DNA of 64,000 bases, from contig NC_043001.1 in the NCBI RefSeq assembly GCF_006345805.1, positions 90,396,001-90,460,000 of the forward strand. The letters run 5' to 3'. The notes under the pieces are model-generated. The model was not told where the DNA came from. It was given only the letters and a program-made list of their open reading frames with translations, and ran no database searches. This DNA comes from Octopus sinensis. Taxonomy: Eukaryota. The translations under genes and the position numbers were made by a program. This document shows, piece by piece, positions 39,598-53,170 of the stretch; positions within the stretch are counted from its first letter, which is position 1; each line of letters starts with the position of its first letter.

Positions 39598-39873
39598 GGC
39601 CACTGCCTGGAATCGAAATCGGAATCTTGGAGTTAGTTGTTCGAGCTCTTTACCACTATGCCATATGCCCGTGGGCAATTATGGAGAGAATTTTGGAGAG
39701 AACCTACCACAGCTTCAGGGTTCGAAACTCCACGAGGACACCTGATGACGGCTGGAGAGTACATCAGCCGAAACGTTGTGTTAACAACAAGCAAGATGAA
39801 GTCAAATATCCATCAAATGTAAATAATATAATGTACATTGTACATAATTCCTCATCTCTCAAATATAGAACTG
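39403..39873 (-). mobile_element. tRNA-headed, HHR-bearing retroelement with inverted terminal copy
   Basis: tRNA-like head 39670-39598, then (AAT)n and body 39513-39403. An inverted copy of the body at 39718-39873 has an intact HHR. Confidence 0.8.
39738..39781 (+). ncRNA. Minimal type I hammerhead ribozyme, canonical core
   Basis: ACAC-CUGAUGA-C-GGCUG(gagaguacau)CAGCC-GAAA-CG-UU-GUGU. Confidence 0.85.
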
Positions 39874-39907
39874 AACTGATTTTTCTGTGTTCACACTTCC
39901 CATTTTA

Positions 39908-39938
<31 letters not shown>

Positions 39939-40940
39939 ATACGCACACATACATATACAAACATATATATACCATATATATATATATACACACACATATA
40001 TTTTATTTATATATATACATATATATATGCATATAAGATATAAATATAAATACTCAAACACGCACACATATCCACCCATCCATACATACATACTCACACT
40101 CACACGCACGCACATGCACACACACACACATACACAAACACACACATTCACATATATTGGAAACGGCTACCAGTTTGTTCTTATGCTATGCATTACGTAC
40201 GTAGTTCTTCGCGGAATAGATAGTATTTTGAAAATTTTAGCTATTTTAATACTATCAATATTTCTTCCTTTCTTCTTATTTTCTTTCTTTCCGTCTTCTC
40301 TCTTCTCTCTTTCTTTCCTTCCGCCAGCAATCCGTTTATTGTTGAAGTACAAATATCCTTAACAGATGCAGAGGACATTGGAGAAGTACATCACTTGTAG
40401 GGAACATCTCAAATAGACTTACTATATTGAAGAAAATAAATTATTTTCCCATTAGACTGAAAGAACGGTTGAAGATTCTGCGGAAAGCTATCTCAAGTTG
40501 ACATTTCATCAAATCGGGAAATAACATTAGCTGTGTATAGAAAGACACAACGCATCGTTGTCTTAAAGTTTGATGTTGGGGGAATGGACGGCGAGGTTGA
40601 TGTTACTATTTGCCGTGTAGGTGGAGTGAAATAGTTGCAACCGGGAAGTACTCAATTCATTTCTGTCCGTTCTATTTTATATAAATACAACGGAAAGTAG
40701 ATTACAGCTCAAGATGCAAGAACAAATATACGCCCTGTGTAAACAATTGATGCATAGCTAATGTCAATAATATCATATAGCATTACAATATCGTGCGTGT
40801 GTGAGTGTATGTATATAAGCATATATATGCCTGTATGTCTGCGTATATTTGTGTGCGCGTTCGTGTGTATTCTGTGTGTGTGTGCATGAATATATATTTA
40901 TTTAGTTACATATCTATACGTATGTATGTATATATATATG

Positions 40941-40974
<34 letters not shown>

Positions 40975-41020
40975 GTATATTTATACACACACACACACAC
41001 ATACACACACATACACACAC

Positions 41021-41073
<53 letters not shown>

Positions 41074-41446
41074 ATAAGATATATAAACATAATATTGGAA
41101 TATAACGTGTGCGTGTAATATGAATATGTGTGTATATATACATAAATATATATATATATATATATATACTTATATATGTATATATATATATACACACGCT
41201 ATATTTCAGTATTATACACACACACATACGCACACACATACACGCACACATACACACACACAAACACACACACACACACACACACATGTATATTTACACA
41301 CTATAATAAGGTAAATTCCATTACTGAGATTATAACGCTGGCAAATATAAACACAAACGCATATCGATGCATACTATAATGCATAGTCCTTGCACTGGTA
41401 GACAATGGCGCAAATGTGTTGTAGTGATATTCCTTGTGACTTGTAA

Positions 41447-41845
41447 GGCGGCGAGCTGGCAGAAACGTTAGCACGCCGGGCAAAAGGCGCAGCCGTATTT
41501 CGTCTGTCGTTACATTGTGAGTTCAAATTCCGTCGAGGTCGACTTTGCCTTTCATCCTTTCGGGGTCGTTAAATTAAGTACCAGTTACGCACTGGGATCG
41601 ATGTAATCGACTTAATACCTATGTCTGTCCTTGTTTGTCCCTTCTATGTTTAGTCCCTTGTGGGTAATAAAGAAATAGGTATTTCGCTTGTCTTTTTGTT
41701 CTGAGTTCAAATTCCGCCGAGGTCGACTTTACCCTTCATCCTTTCGGGGTCGATAAATTAACTACCAGTTGTGTACTGGGGTCGATCTAATCGACTGGCT
41801 CCCGCCCCATAAATTTCGGACCTTGTGCCTAGAGTAGAAAAGATT
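41447..41845 (+). mobile_element. SINE family B, dimeric
   Basis: Matches the copy at 28662. ATTCCTTGTGA occurs at both flanks (~41429 and ~41843), a possible target duplication. Confidence 0.93.
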
Positions 41846-41929
41846 CCTTGTGAATTGTCTGCCAATGTTGTGTAGCCCAAGGTCTGCACAAAAAGAACTA
41901 TGCAACATAGACAATTGTTCGAACGACTA

Positions 41930-42800
41930 GGTAGAACGTGTAGATCTGTTGTTCTCGATATACGAAACCAACAACTGGCTGAAGACTACACTAAACATTC
42001 CGACCATTGTATAAAAACAGACTGGGATGCTTGCTCTTCCACTATCTGTGGCGTGTGGTGGGGACGGGTTCGGTTGGTCAGACAGTCCTTTTACTGTCAA
42101 CAAACGCTGCGTGGAGAGCTGGGCATTTTGTGACTAATGATGCCCAGACATGCGCTGAGACTGCGACGATTCCTGCAGGACGCACATCTCAGGCACCCCC
42201 GGCTGATAGTACAACCCTCCTGAAATCGACCTGTTCGCTCTCATAGTGTCAGAGCATTGCTGACAAGTGAAGTTATGTCGAACAGCTATGTCCTGTGGGA
42301 CAAATCCGGCTGTCGACAAACCCAATTGTGAAAATTTTCCCTGTTGTCTTCATTGACCGAGGGCAGCAGACAGTTTTTCTCTCATTGGTGGCTATAGGGA
42401 AAGATTTTGCTTTCCTCTTCGACCAAATCCTCATCGACATTTTAAAACTCCATTTGAAAAGAAAGTGAATATTGAGGGTGAAACGTTACCCTGTCTCAAG
42501 GAATTTGTTGAAAGGTGGATGAAAGCGAGTGGGTCTATTATAAGCTGGCGTCTATAAGGTAGAGAGAACGGAAGGAGAGGGTTGCCTTCCAGTGGTGCCC
42601 TCGACTGTAGGGATGATCCACGGTCTGTGGTTTTCTTTACTTACCCCTGGGTGGTACATTCCCCCGTTGAGGATGTTTTGTTATAAATTTCTTGTTAAAT
42701 TTTCTTTTATTGTCTATATGTGTTTATGTAAATCCCGATTGTCCTTTGTCTTCGCATTGTTCTAAATGATTTTTGCGTCCATTGTGCCCAATAAAGAAAT
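41930..42800 (+). mobile_element. Tx1/L1-like LINE ORF2 C-terminus and 3' UTR, decayed
   Basis: LIDILKLHLKRKV..E.E...EFVERWMK. The 3' end is TTGTGCCCCAATAAAGAAAT. Confidence 0.6.
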
Positions 42801-42813
42801 TATTATATTTTAA

Positions 42814-43302
42814 GGCGGCGAGCAAGCAAAATCGTTAGCACGCCGGGCGAAATGCTTAGCAGTATTTCGTCTGTCACTACGTTCTGCGTTCAAATTCCGC
42901 CGAGGACGACTTTGTCTTTCGGAGTTGATAAATTAAGTACCTGTGAAACACTAGGGTCTATTTAATCGACTTGCCCCTCCCCACAAATTTCAGGCTTTGT
43001 GCCTTTAATAGAAAGGATTATTATTATTGTTGTTGTTGTTGTTATTATTATTATCATTATTATTATCATTATTATTATTAAGACGGTGAGCTGGCAGAAT
43101 TATTAGCATGCTGGAAAAAAATGCTTAGCGGTATTTCGTCCGACTTTACGTTCTGAGTTCAAATGTCGCCGGGTCGACTTTGCCTTTCATCCTTTCGGGG
43201 TCAATAGAATAATTACCAACTACACACTGGGAACGATGTAATCGACTAGTCCCCTCCCCAAAAATTTTGGGTCTTGTACTTATAGTAGAAAGGATTATTA
43301 TA

Positions 43303-43340
<38 letters not shown>

Positions 43341-43535
43341 GGCAGTGAGCTGGCAGAATCGTTAGTATGCCGGACACAATGTTTATCACTATGCCGTCCG
43401 TCTTTACGTTCTGAATTCAAATTTCTCGAAGGTCGACTTTGCCTTTCATCTTTTCGGGGTCGGTAAAATACGTACCAGTTGAGCAAAGGGGTCAATGCAA
43501 TCGACACACCCTATCCTCCGAAACTGCTGGCCTTT
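42814..43535 (+). mobile_element. Three head-to-tail family B SINE monomers separated by (ATT)n
   Basis: Heads at about 42814, 43082 and 43340. Confidence 0.9.
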
Positions 43536-44094
43536 TATATATACATATATGTGTATGTGAGTATGTGCGCGCGCGCGTATGTATGTGTGTGTAAAGATGA
43601 ACACATACATACACACATAAACGTGCATGTGAGATGTGAGTGCTTGTATGTGACCGCGTATGATTTGGTCAACATTTGTGTTTGAAAGAAAATCACTCTG
43701 TACACAATAAATTTTTCTAGAAGCTGAAGCTTCTTGAATCGTTACTCAAAACAATAGAAAAGAGAAGCAGCATGTCAATATATGAGCAAAAATATTTGTA
43801 AATGCAAGGAAATATAATTAGCCCGCGAAATTTTATTGGCTACCGATAAAAGACACTGCGTCACACATCCAATTTTATTTGTAGAACAATACATTCGTTC
43901 ATTCATGGGCAAAATCACTAGATTTTCGTGTCTTATGAATCATATGCATAAGTACATAAAAGGAAACAGGTTGGCAAGCAGAGTACGGCAAATACAGTAT
44001 TTGAGGAATAAAGTAGTGTGGCTATTCGACAGTTAGAAACGCTTCAATTCGTTGGAAATGTTGGCAAAAATTCGCCAATATCAGTATTTATTTA

Positions 44095-44405
44095 TTTATG
44101 CGCCCTTTTCAAGCCTAGCCAGGCTCATGAGCTGGTTTCCCGGTTTCTGTAATGTATGTGTTAACCCCTCCCCAGCTGGACGGGACGCCAGTCCATCGCA
44201 GCGTTACTCAAGAAACAGGAAGAGGGAGTGAGAGAAAGTTGTGGTGAAAGAGTACAACAGGGGTCGCCACCATCCCCTGCCGGAGCCACGTGGAGCTTTA
44301 GGTGTTTTCGCTCAATAAACACACACAACACCCGGTCTGGGAATCGAAACCGCGATCATCCGAATGCGAGTCCGCTACCCTAACCACTGGGCCATTGCGC
44401 CTCCA
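44095..44405 (-). mobile_element. SINE family C
   Basis: The reverse complement starts GGAGGCGCAATGGCCCAGTGGTTAGGG...GGTTTCGATTCCC; matches the copy at 52259. Confidence 0.9.
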
Positions 44406-45059
44406 TAACCAATATCCGTAATTTCTTCAAAATTCGAAAATGCTATAGAAAGACGTTCTAGTGCTGAAAGATTGATCATACCTACCGAACTCCTTAATGA
44501 AAGTAACACGAATTTTATTAAAAACCAACCGATTTTATAATTGTTAAATTATCTTTTAAATTCCAGATATATTTTGAAGAGTGAGACGGCGAATCTTCTT
44601 TTTGGATGTTTGAAAGTATATATGAGATTCTAGAATCTTTTGTAAGGAATTGTCAGCAAGCGACATATAACTTTTTGTTTCACTGTCTTTTCCCAATAAT
44701 ATCTTTATCAAAGATACATTAATTTCCTATACGGCAATAAATCTATAAATATTTTAAAGGAGATATCGGTATGTGTTGACATACATGAATTTCTTAATGA
44801 CATGTCTGACTACAGAAAACTGCCAGCGGAATATCGGTCCTGAATTGCTCTTTCCATTTGATTACTTCTCATAACTCACCTCGTCCCAGGCCTCTGATTT
44901 CAATTTTAGGGCAGATTCATTATTCTGTTTCTGTATCTTTGGTTGTTGTTGTTGTTGTTGTTGTTGTTGTGTTGTTGTATAACTATAACAACAACCAAAG
45001 CCGTACTAGTTGTTGTTCTTGTTATTTACCCCAGGTCAATACTGATTAAAGACGCGTCC

Positions 45060-45375
45060 TGCGTGTATATACAATACACGCACACACACATACACACGTA
45101 CAAACACACACAAATTCACATACACACCGATACATATACATACACACAATATATACCTACACGCGCACGCATACATACACATACGTACACACATATAAGC
45201 ACAGACACACACACACATACGCACACAAAAACATGCGCACACATACGCACGCACACACGCACACCAATGCACACACCCAAAACTCACAACCCCATGGATA
45301 CACGCATATACATCCATATACGCTTACACACACACACATACAAACGCACACATACACGCACACACAACTACACGC

Positions 45376-45406
<31 letters not shown>

Positions 45407-45660
45407 ATGAACCCACACATACATCCCATACACACGGCACACAATTATACATACACGCACACAATTATACATACATATATATACACACACGCGCACGTAC
45501 AAGCACACAACAAACGCACACATACCTAGTTAAGCACATTTACTCGCACAACTCGCCACAACCCAAACTCTACGCATACACACACGAACACACACATACA
45601 CACACCACACACTAACACAAACACACACACGATACATATACTACACGTTACACACACATA
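45060..45660. repeat. Degenerate (CA)-rich low-complexity tract
   Basis: Directly visible. Confidence 0.9.
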
Positions 45661-45849
45661 CCTCTTTGTTTTGACCTGTGGCTGGACACAAAACACCACT
45701 CCTTATTCTTACAACTGGCCAGTTACTAGTCAGTTGTTTGCCCTACACACATACACACACACACGCACACACACACACTCACGTGTCATCATTGCACACA
45801 TACACACACACGCGCACACGCAGATCTGCGCGCACGCACACATCCACAC

Positions 45850-46175
45850 ACATTCCACCTCTCACTTTCCTCGTCTTTGACATACTACCTACTGTCTTTG
45901 AAAACTCTCCTGTCTTTAAAAAACATTATTCTTCCACCTTTCTACTTCCGGTCTTTCAATATGTGACCTCGTGAGTACCGCTGGCGATTTTTTTCCTCTG
46001 TCTTCCCTTCTCGGGATCTCTCCTTCTCCTATGTTTCCGACGAAGAGCTCCGCTCGAAATGTTAAACCCTCCTTCTTCCCTTCTTTCCTGAGCGTCCAAT
46101 AGTACTTTATTTGTTCCACGTCCTCGCGTTGTTGTGTTTTTTTTGTTCTTTTTTTGTTTTCTTGTTTGGATTAAC
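45850..46175 (+). mobile_element. Penelope-type pLTR remnant with HHR-like motif at 46033-46067
   Basis: GTTT-CCGACGA-A-GAGC(tcc)GCTC-GAAA-TG-TT-AAAC. The downstream CTGAGCGTC...TCCTCGC block also occurs at about 6610-6650. Confidence 0.65.
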
Positions 46176-46278
46176 TATATATATATATATATGGAGGTGG
46201 AAATATCACAGAAATAAGTCTAAGACATTTCAGTTTAAGAGGGAACTTAATAAATAATTTTTTAAATTATCTAAAGAC

Positions 46279-46318
46279 AATATTACCGGTTTCGATGAAT
46301 CTCATCTTATCAAATATC
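46279..46318 (-). ncRNA. Minimal HHR, U3:A8 variant
   Basis: GAUAU-UUGAUAA-GAUGA(gau)UCAUC-GAAA-CCGG-UA-AUAUU. Confidence 0.78.
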
Positions 46319-46336
46319 AGTAAAAATTTATAAAAA

Positions 46337-46405
<69 letters not shown>

Positions 46406-46549
46406 AAAAATAGCAATAATATTATGTGGCCAGCAAGCAAAAGCCGATAAGTGGCAAATCCAAAATTAATTTATAATTATAATAGGGCATAGATACATAT
46501 ATACATACATACATACTACATACATACATACATACATACATACATACAT

Positions 46550-46604
<55 letters not shown>

Positions 46605-46826
46605 TACATACATACATACATACATATACGTCTGGTAGACAAATAGTACTCAGTACATGAGTATATATATCTTGTTATTTTAATCGATAGAACTGACTAA
46701 AATGCTCAAGAGCAGGGAATTTCATTCATGGCACTTATCAAATTTAATCAAATTTGATTCATGATGTGCACGAAATCTTGGCCTTTGAGTCACTTTGTAA
46801 CTTGTGCCAATTAAAATTATATATAA

Positions 46827-46872
<46 letters not shown>

Positions 46873-48622
46873 ATGCGTGTGTGTGCGTGTGCGTGTGTGT
46901 GTGCGTGTGCGTGTGCGTGTGCGTGTGTGTGCGTGCATGTGTGTTTTTTTATTCTTTGGACAGAGAAAGAGACTGACCTGACTAATTTTAGCACTAATTA
47001 CCACTTCTTTATTTTCCTGGCCACAAAGAGAATGACGGTTCATTGCTATTTATAGAAGACACAAAATCATACAGAAGTATATTGGATTCTAATTTACGCA
47101 AAAATTAAAACATTGCCAATGTGAATGAATTCATTAAAAGAAGTACCTCAGTGGGGTTAGATGAAATAGAAATATCAAGGTAACTAGACCTTTTACTGTG
47201 TACACATTCACTAAAATCACGTTCTTGTAAACTTACTTTAAATTTATTTTCTATTCTAACGCCGTATAGTACTTCTCTTAATTAATTCATTTGCGTTGAC
47301 AGCATCTGTACTTTGATAAGAATTCATATCAGGCTGATTTAGTTCTATCGGAGGGGTTGCGAAGAGAACTTCTTACACATGCAACCATTTCTACAATGAT
47401 TTTCAAAAGCCCAATTCACCTGAATGTATATAAGTAACCTCAAAAATTACAAAGAATCAATAACTAAAAGCAGCAGCAACAGTGAATGTTTTGATGGTTT
47501 GTATTGATTTGAGCTTTTGCATTTTAGAGTCGCATTTGTTACGTGGGGTGGGACGCGATCTGTGAAGATTTCTTAAACTAAATTTAGTACCCAAAAGCAT
47601 GGTTTTCAGCAATGTCTTCACGATGCAATGGCTTGTTAAAGCCTTTATTATCATCAAGCTAATCTTCAACATCATATATGCAACGGAAAAATCGACATTG
47701 TTAAATTTCATAATGATTTCACCTGATTAATGAATATATTGAATAACAAGCCCAAATGTTAACACATCGTAAAGTAACGCGATATGTAGACATGTACATT
47801 AAACTCTTGTTGGCTTGGTTTCATTTTTTCCCCGTTCGTCTTATATCATTTAAAGTAAAAATTTCTGTTATCAATCTCCTATTTTATTTTTAGCCTAATT
47901 AATTTACTGTCAGGATAAACTGGTTATACAGGAAATAATTCCTAACGAGTTGGTAAAGACTCAATTAGTCAATAATCGATGCGAAATTGATTAGAAGGGG
48001 TAAAAACAAATTAGAAGAAATAGCTTTTTTTTTTTTAATTTGGCACCTCACAAAAAAATATATTATTGCATTCAAAAGATAACAGAAGAATTGACAAAAG
48101 AGACGAGCATTTGCTGTTAGAAGTGGCTCTTGGCCAAATAAAACATGATCTCATTGGTGTGAAACTTGAGTGAAGAGTTTGCACCACCATGCTCTCAAAA
48201 GGAAAATCTGACATTCCAACAATTTTTTTCTATTTCTAATTTATGCTCAAATTCTTACACCTCTACATCTTTTTTCCATCCTTGTTCTTTCACATCTCAA
48301 GATCATTTTTTTTTCTGTCGCTTGTTCAGTTATTGGGTGTAAAATCACTAATGGTGTGTGAGACAATTTGCATCGCTAAGAATGAGCTTCCCATCCTTTG
48401 GTAGACCATTTGTTTCCGTTTTCACTGCAACAATTGAGTTCCCATCAAATTGTCTCCGCCATAATAGTTTCATTAACCTTGCTTCTATTTTACTCCTCAT
48501 ATTTAACACTGCCTTATAATAAACGATGTAAATCACGAGTTCAGCTCTCTAAAATGTAACAATTTTAAATATCAGAAAAAAAATTAATGCATTTGAACAT
48601 CTACTATATCGGTAGATATAAA

Positions 48623-48679
<57 letters not shown>

Positions 48680-49201
48680 CTCTCTCTCTCCCTTGTATAT
48701 ATATTTCTTTCTCTATCCCCCTCTCTCTTTTTCTCTGTTTCTCTCTTCACTTTCTCTCTCCCCTCTCTCTCGCTATCTATATATCTGTATACCCCCCTCT
48801 TTTCCTTTTTCTTACGCTTAATCCACAGCCAACAGGCCGAAGAAAAATTTTCTTAAATTTTAAATTATTGATTATATAAACATCTTTAAAAGTTAAATGA
48901 ACACAGACCTGATGGAAGTAGCTTTTGTGTGCTTTCACTGTTTTCACCTTTTCATACACATGTGGTATATGTGTATGCGCGTTTGTTTCTAGTGTGTATG
49001 TGCGTCTGTGTATGAGCGCGTGTGTAACAGCGCCAACAGTGTTTAGGTATAAGCAAACCTTAGGTTGATTACAATATGCTTGTGACATATTTCAACCTCT
49101 TAGGGCAAATTCACTGCAGTTACCGTGGAGAAAAGAATTCTCTCTTACGGCAAAAGGTGTAAAAACACCGTTATCTGTTCAGTGTTGCTCCTTTTCGGAT
49201 T

Positions 49202-49243
49202 CCCAGACGTTGCGTTTCTAGCTTTTTAGCCGTTATCAATAGG
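49202..49243 (-). ncRNA. HHR motif, U3:A8 variant
   Basis: CCUA-UUGAUAA-C-GGCU(aaaa)AGCU-A-GAAA-CG(caa)CG-UC-UGGG. Confidence 0.62.
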
Positions 49244-49559
49244 AAATACTGAAGAGAGGTATCTCTGAAAAGATTTAAGACCGTAGCTTTAACTAAAACA
49301 TTGTCAACAACATGTTGCTATATGTTTAGATGTCATTTGCTTATTGTGCAACTGATAAAAGGAAAACGTATTTTTGAGTATATATTCGTAAAGCTTATAT
49401 AAAGTATATATAGTACAGTTGACTCGCAAAAATTCTTCTGCCTTTATAATGTCTTTGTTCAGCTGGACTCTTTTTTCAACTGGGCAGATTGTTTTCAAAA
49501 GAAAAGATATGACACAAAATTGCCATATATAATATATTTGGCAATTTTGTATCGTATAT

Positions 49560-49586
49560 CTTTATATATATATAATATATATATAA

Positions 49587-49625
<39 letters not shown>

Positions 49626-49784
49626 CAATATATATATATTACAAATATATATATTACATATACATATATATATATATATATAATATCTGTACATATATAT
49701 ACATATACATATATTATATATATAGTATATAATATGTACATATATATCCATATACAAATATATATATATATAAAATTATATATA

Positions 49785-49867
<83 letters not shown>

Positions 49868-49870
49868 TAT
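49560..49870. repeat. (TA)n tract
   Basis: Directly visible. Confidence 0.95.
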
Positions 49871-50661
49871 CCACTCGGCTTTGGTCGGCGCGAGGCTATA
49901 GTAGACAACACATGCCCCAGGTTGCCACGCAATGGGACTGAACATGTGCTTGGTAAGCAAGCTTCTTAACACACACATACACATATATATATATATACAC
50001 GGATGTACATACATATATATGTGCGTGTGTGTACATGGATATCTATATATATATATACTATGTATATATACTTATATGTATATATTGTACATAATCATAT
50101 AAGTATGTATATGTATTTACATACATGCATATATGTGTGTGTATACTCCACATATATATTATATACATATATAGTATATATATATATATATATATATATT
50201 TCACACAAACACTAGCACACATACACATACATAAAATCATGTATGTATGTTACCTTGGATATTTTTTGTACAGCTTTTGCTCGATTTAATATCATTCTTT
50301 CATGTGCATAAAGTAAACATTGAAATCTGTGGAAGCTAGCGATGGTAAAACGTGTATACCTTGATGTACAAACAGATAACTTCTATTATGACGAACAACA
50401 GTATTATGTGTCCATTCAAAAGCAAACATATTTTGCTGTTCTGTATACAGAAACACCCTCCCTTACCAACGTTCATTTTCATTCTTTTTGTTCAAATTTT
50501 TATCTTCCCCTCTCTTTCCTCTTTCAGTATTTCCTTCTCTCTCTCTCTCTCCCTATATATATATGCATACATATATATATATCATCATCATGATATATAT
50601 ATATATATAAATATGCACATATATATATATAACATATATATATACATAATATATCATCACA

Positions 50662-50715
<54 letters not shown>

Positions 50716-50805
50716 TATATATATAACATTTATATATACATATATACACACACACACACACACAAACACCCACATATACACACACCACACACACACCACA
50801 ACACA

Positions 50806-50840
<35 letters not shown>

Positions 50841-50843
<3 letters not shown>

Positions 50844-51830
50844 GGTGGGTGGAAAGTAACTAGGCATTAGAGATTGCTTATAGAATTTTTAGCATCACTG
50901 AAGTCAAAGTCATAACGAAAACATTTTTTAAACAAACAACTCTAATGAGGATTTCTTATTGTCTTATTTCTTATTTTCCAGTTGGTCGGTCGCTTGACTG
51001 TTCAGGGGGCGAGCTAAGACAGCAGCACGCTATGAAGTGTAGAATTCCTTTGTTTTGGTTCAGAGATGGTGGCGTGCATGGAAAGGTAAGCATGCAATAC
51101 TACCTTCCGGAGATAATGAAATGTTGTCATGCAAAGCTGATGACTACGGGCTCTATTTCTCTTTATTATAGGTATAAAGCCTTATATATAGAAAAAAGCA
51201 TTACAAGGACAGACAACACAAACGTGGGGTACATAGAATGATTTACGAATGAATTATGACCACGGGCTCTATGAATGATCCAAGAAGTGGCCGCCGATCC
51301 CGATCAACGGAGAATGTGGCAAAAGTGCAGGAAATGTTTAATCGCAGCCCGCAAAAATCAATGCATCAACCAGCTCGTGAAAGTGGACTTGCAAGACACA
51401 CAATACGTACGGTGTTGCACAAAGAATTGAATTTTCGTCCGCAGAAACCCCATTACGTGCAGGATCTAGAACCTGAAGACTGTGATTGAAGAAGCCCAGA
51501 ACTCCAAGAAGTCCAGACCTCACTCGAGATGAGTTTTCCCAGCGGGGTTACGTAAAAGAGGTGTGCAAGACAAAACCTCGCACACTGGAGACACGGATTC
51601 AGGAGTTTCTCAATGATATCCCAGACAACGTTCTTCATAATGTTGTTCATTCCATCCCTGGTCGTTTGACGAAACTGGTTAAAGCCACCGTGCTTACGTT
51701 GAACTATGGAGATTTACTTTCGTTTTCCCATGTAATAAAGAACACGTATCATTTGCTTCAATAAATTTGCAAAAGGAATATGGAATTTATTACCAATTGT
51801 TAATGCCTACTTACTTTTCCTCCACCCTGT
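50841..51830 (+). mobile_element. Internally deleted Tc1/mariner-superfamily transposon with TIRs
   Basis: TIRs CAAGGTGGGTGGAAAGTAACTAGGCATTA / TAATGCCTACTTACTTTTCCTCCACCCTG. Remnants TTGS..D.RSGR...RSPQKS...LNFRP and PRSPDLT...GYVKE. Confidence 0.88.
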
Positions 51831-51885
51831 ATACACACACACACATACACACACACACACAGAGTAACATATGTATATAGATAGA

Positions 51886-51975
<90 letters not shown>

Positions 51976-52258
51976 TACAGACAGACAGACAGACAGACAG
52001 ACAGATATACATACAATATAGGTTCAGGCATGACTGAGCGATAAGAAGTTTGCTTCTCAAGCACAGTTTTAGTTCAGTTCCAATGCGTGGAACAGTGGGC
52101 AGGTGTCTTCTAATATACCCTCAAGCCTCGAGTGTTCTTTGTTGGAGACCGGCTCCCTCCTCAGTGGAAGATTTATGATAATGAAAAAATAGAAGAGTAT
52201 ACATACATACATACTTACGTACATTCCTATTATTTTTATTACTATTTTTATATTATGT

Positions 52259-52552
52259 GGAGGCACATGGCCTTGTGGTTAGAGCAGCGGACTCGCAGTC
52301 GAGAGATCGCGGGATCGAACCTCAGACCGGGCGATGTGTGTGTTTATGAGCGAAACACCTAAGTTCCACGCGGCTCCGGCAGAAGCTAATGGCGAACTTT
52401 TGCTGACTCTTTCACCACAACTTTCTCTCACTCTTTCCTCCTCCTTCTAGCGGCGAATTGGCGTCCCGTCCAGTCGGGTAACCTATACGCCAATGAAATC
52501 GGGAAACCATCCCTTATGAGCCTGGCATGGCTCGAGAAGGAACAAACAACAA
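52259..52552 (+). mobile_element. SINE family C
   Basis: GGAGGCACATGGCCTTGTGGTTAG head; matches the copy at 44095. Confidence 0.88.
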
Positions 52553-52919
52553 CAGCATTGTTATATTATATTACATATTTTCTGTATGCAGAAAATATAT
52601 AGTGGAGGTAGTGGATCTCCTTCGTTTGCCAATGAGTATTTAGTTGATGAACAACTGAATTACCTGCTCCTGAATTAACATGTGAGTGAGCTTTCTACAA
52701 ACACGTGTACCCTTACCATAATTCTCTAACAGTCTCAGCCTGATGTATTGAGTCTGTGTGTGCATCTGTGTGTATGTGTGTGTTCATGTGCATGTATGGT
52801 CTGTGTATGTGAGTGTGTGTCTTTGTATCTGACTGAATACTTGTGAATGAATGAATGTGTGCGTGTGTGTGTATGTATCTATGAACGTGTGGGTGTGTAC
52901 ACGTATTGAATTTTTTTTT

Positions 52920-53003
52920 GCTGAACCGCTATGTTACGGGGGCGTAAACACACCAACATCGGTTGGCAAACGATGGAGGGGAGACAAACACAGACACACA
53001 AAT

Positions 53004-53068
<65 letters not shown>

Positions 53069-53170
53069 CTTCTTTCAGTTTCCGTCTACCAAATACACTC
53101 ACGAGGCACTTGCCCAAAATGCTACGCAGTGGGACTGAACCCGGAACCATGTGGTTGGAAAGCAAGGTTC
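52920..53170 (-). mobile_element. SINE family A, partial
   Basis: GGGCTTCTTTCAGTTTCCGTCTACCAAAT...GGGACTGAACCCGGAACCATGTGG. Confidence 0.88.

Noticed and set aside
39598-39670. Possible tRNA gene
   Set aside because: A and B boxes are present, but no clean cloverleaf or poly-T terminator is evident and it is embedded in a repeat; treated as a tRNA-derived head.
49245-49280. CTGAAGA-GAG(gtat)CTC-T-GAAA as another hammerhead
   Set aside because: No stem III/UH or stem I partner downstream.
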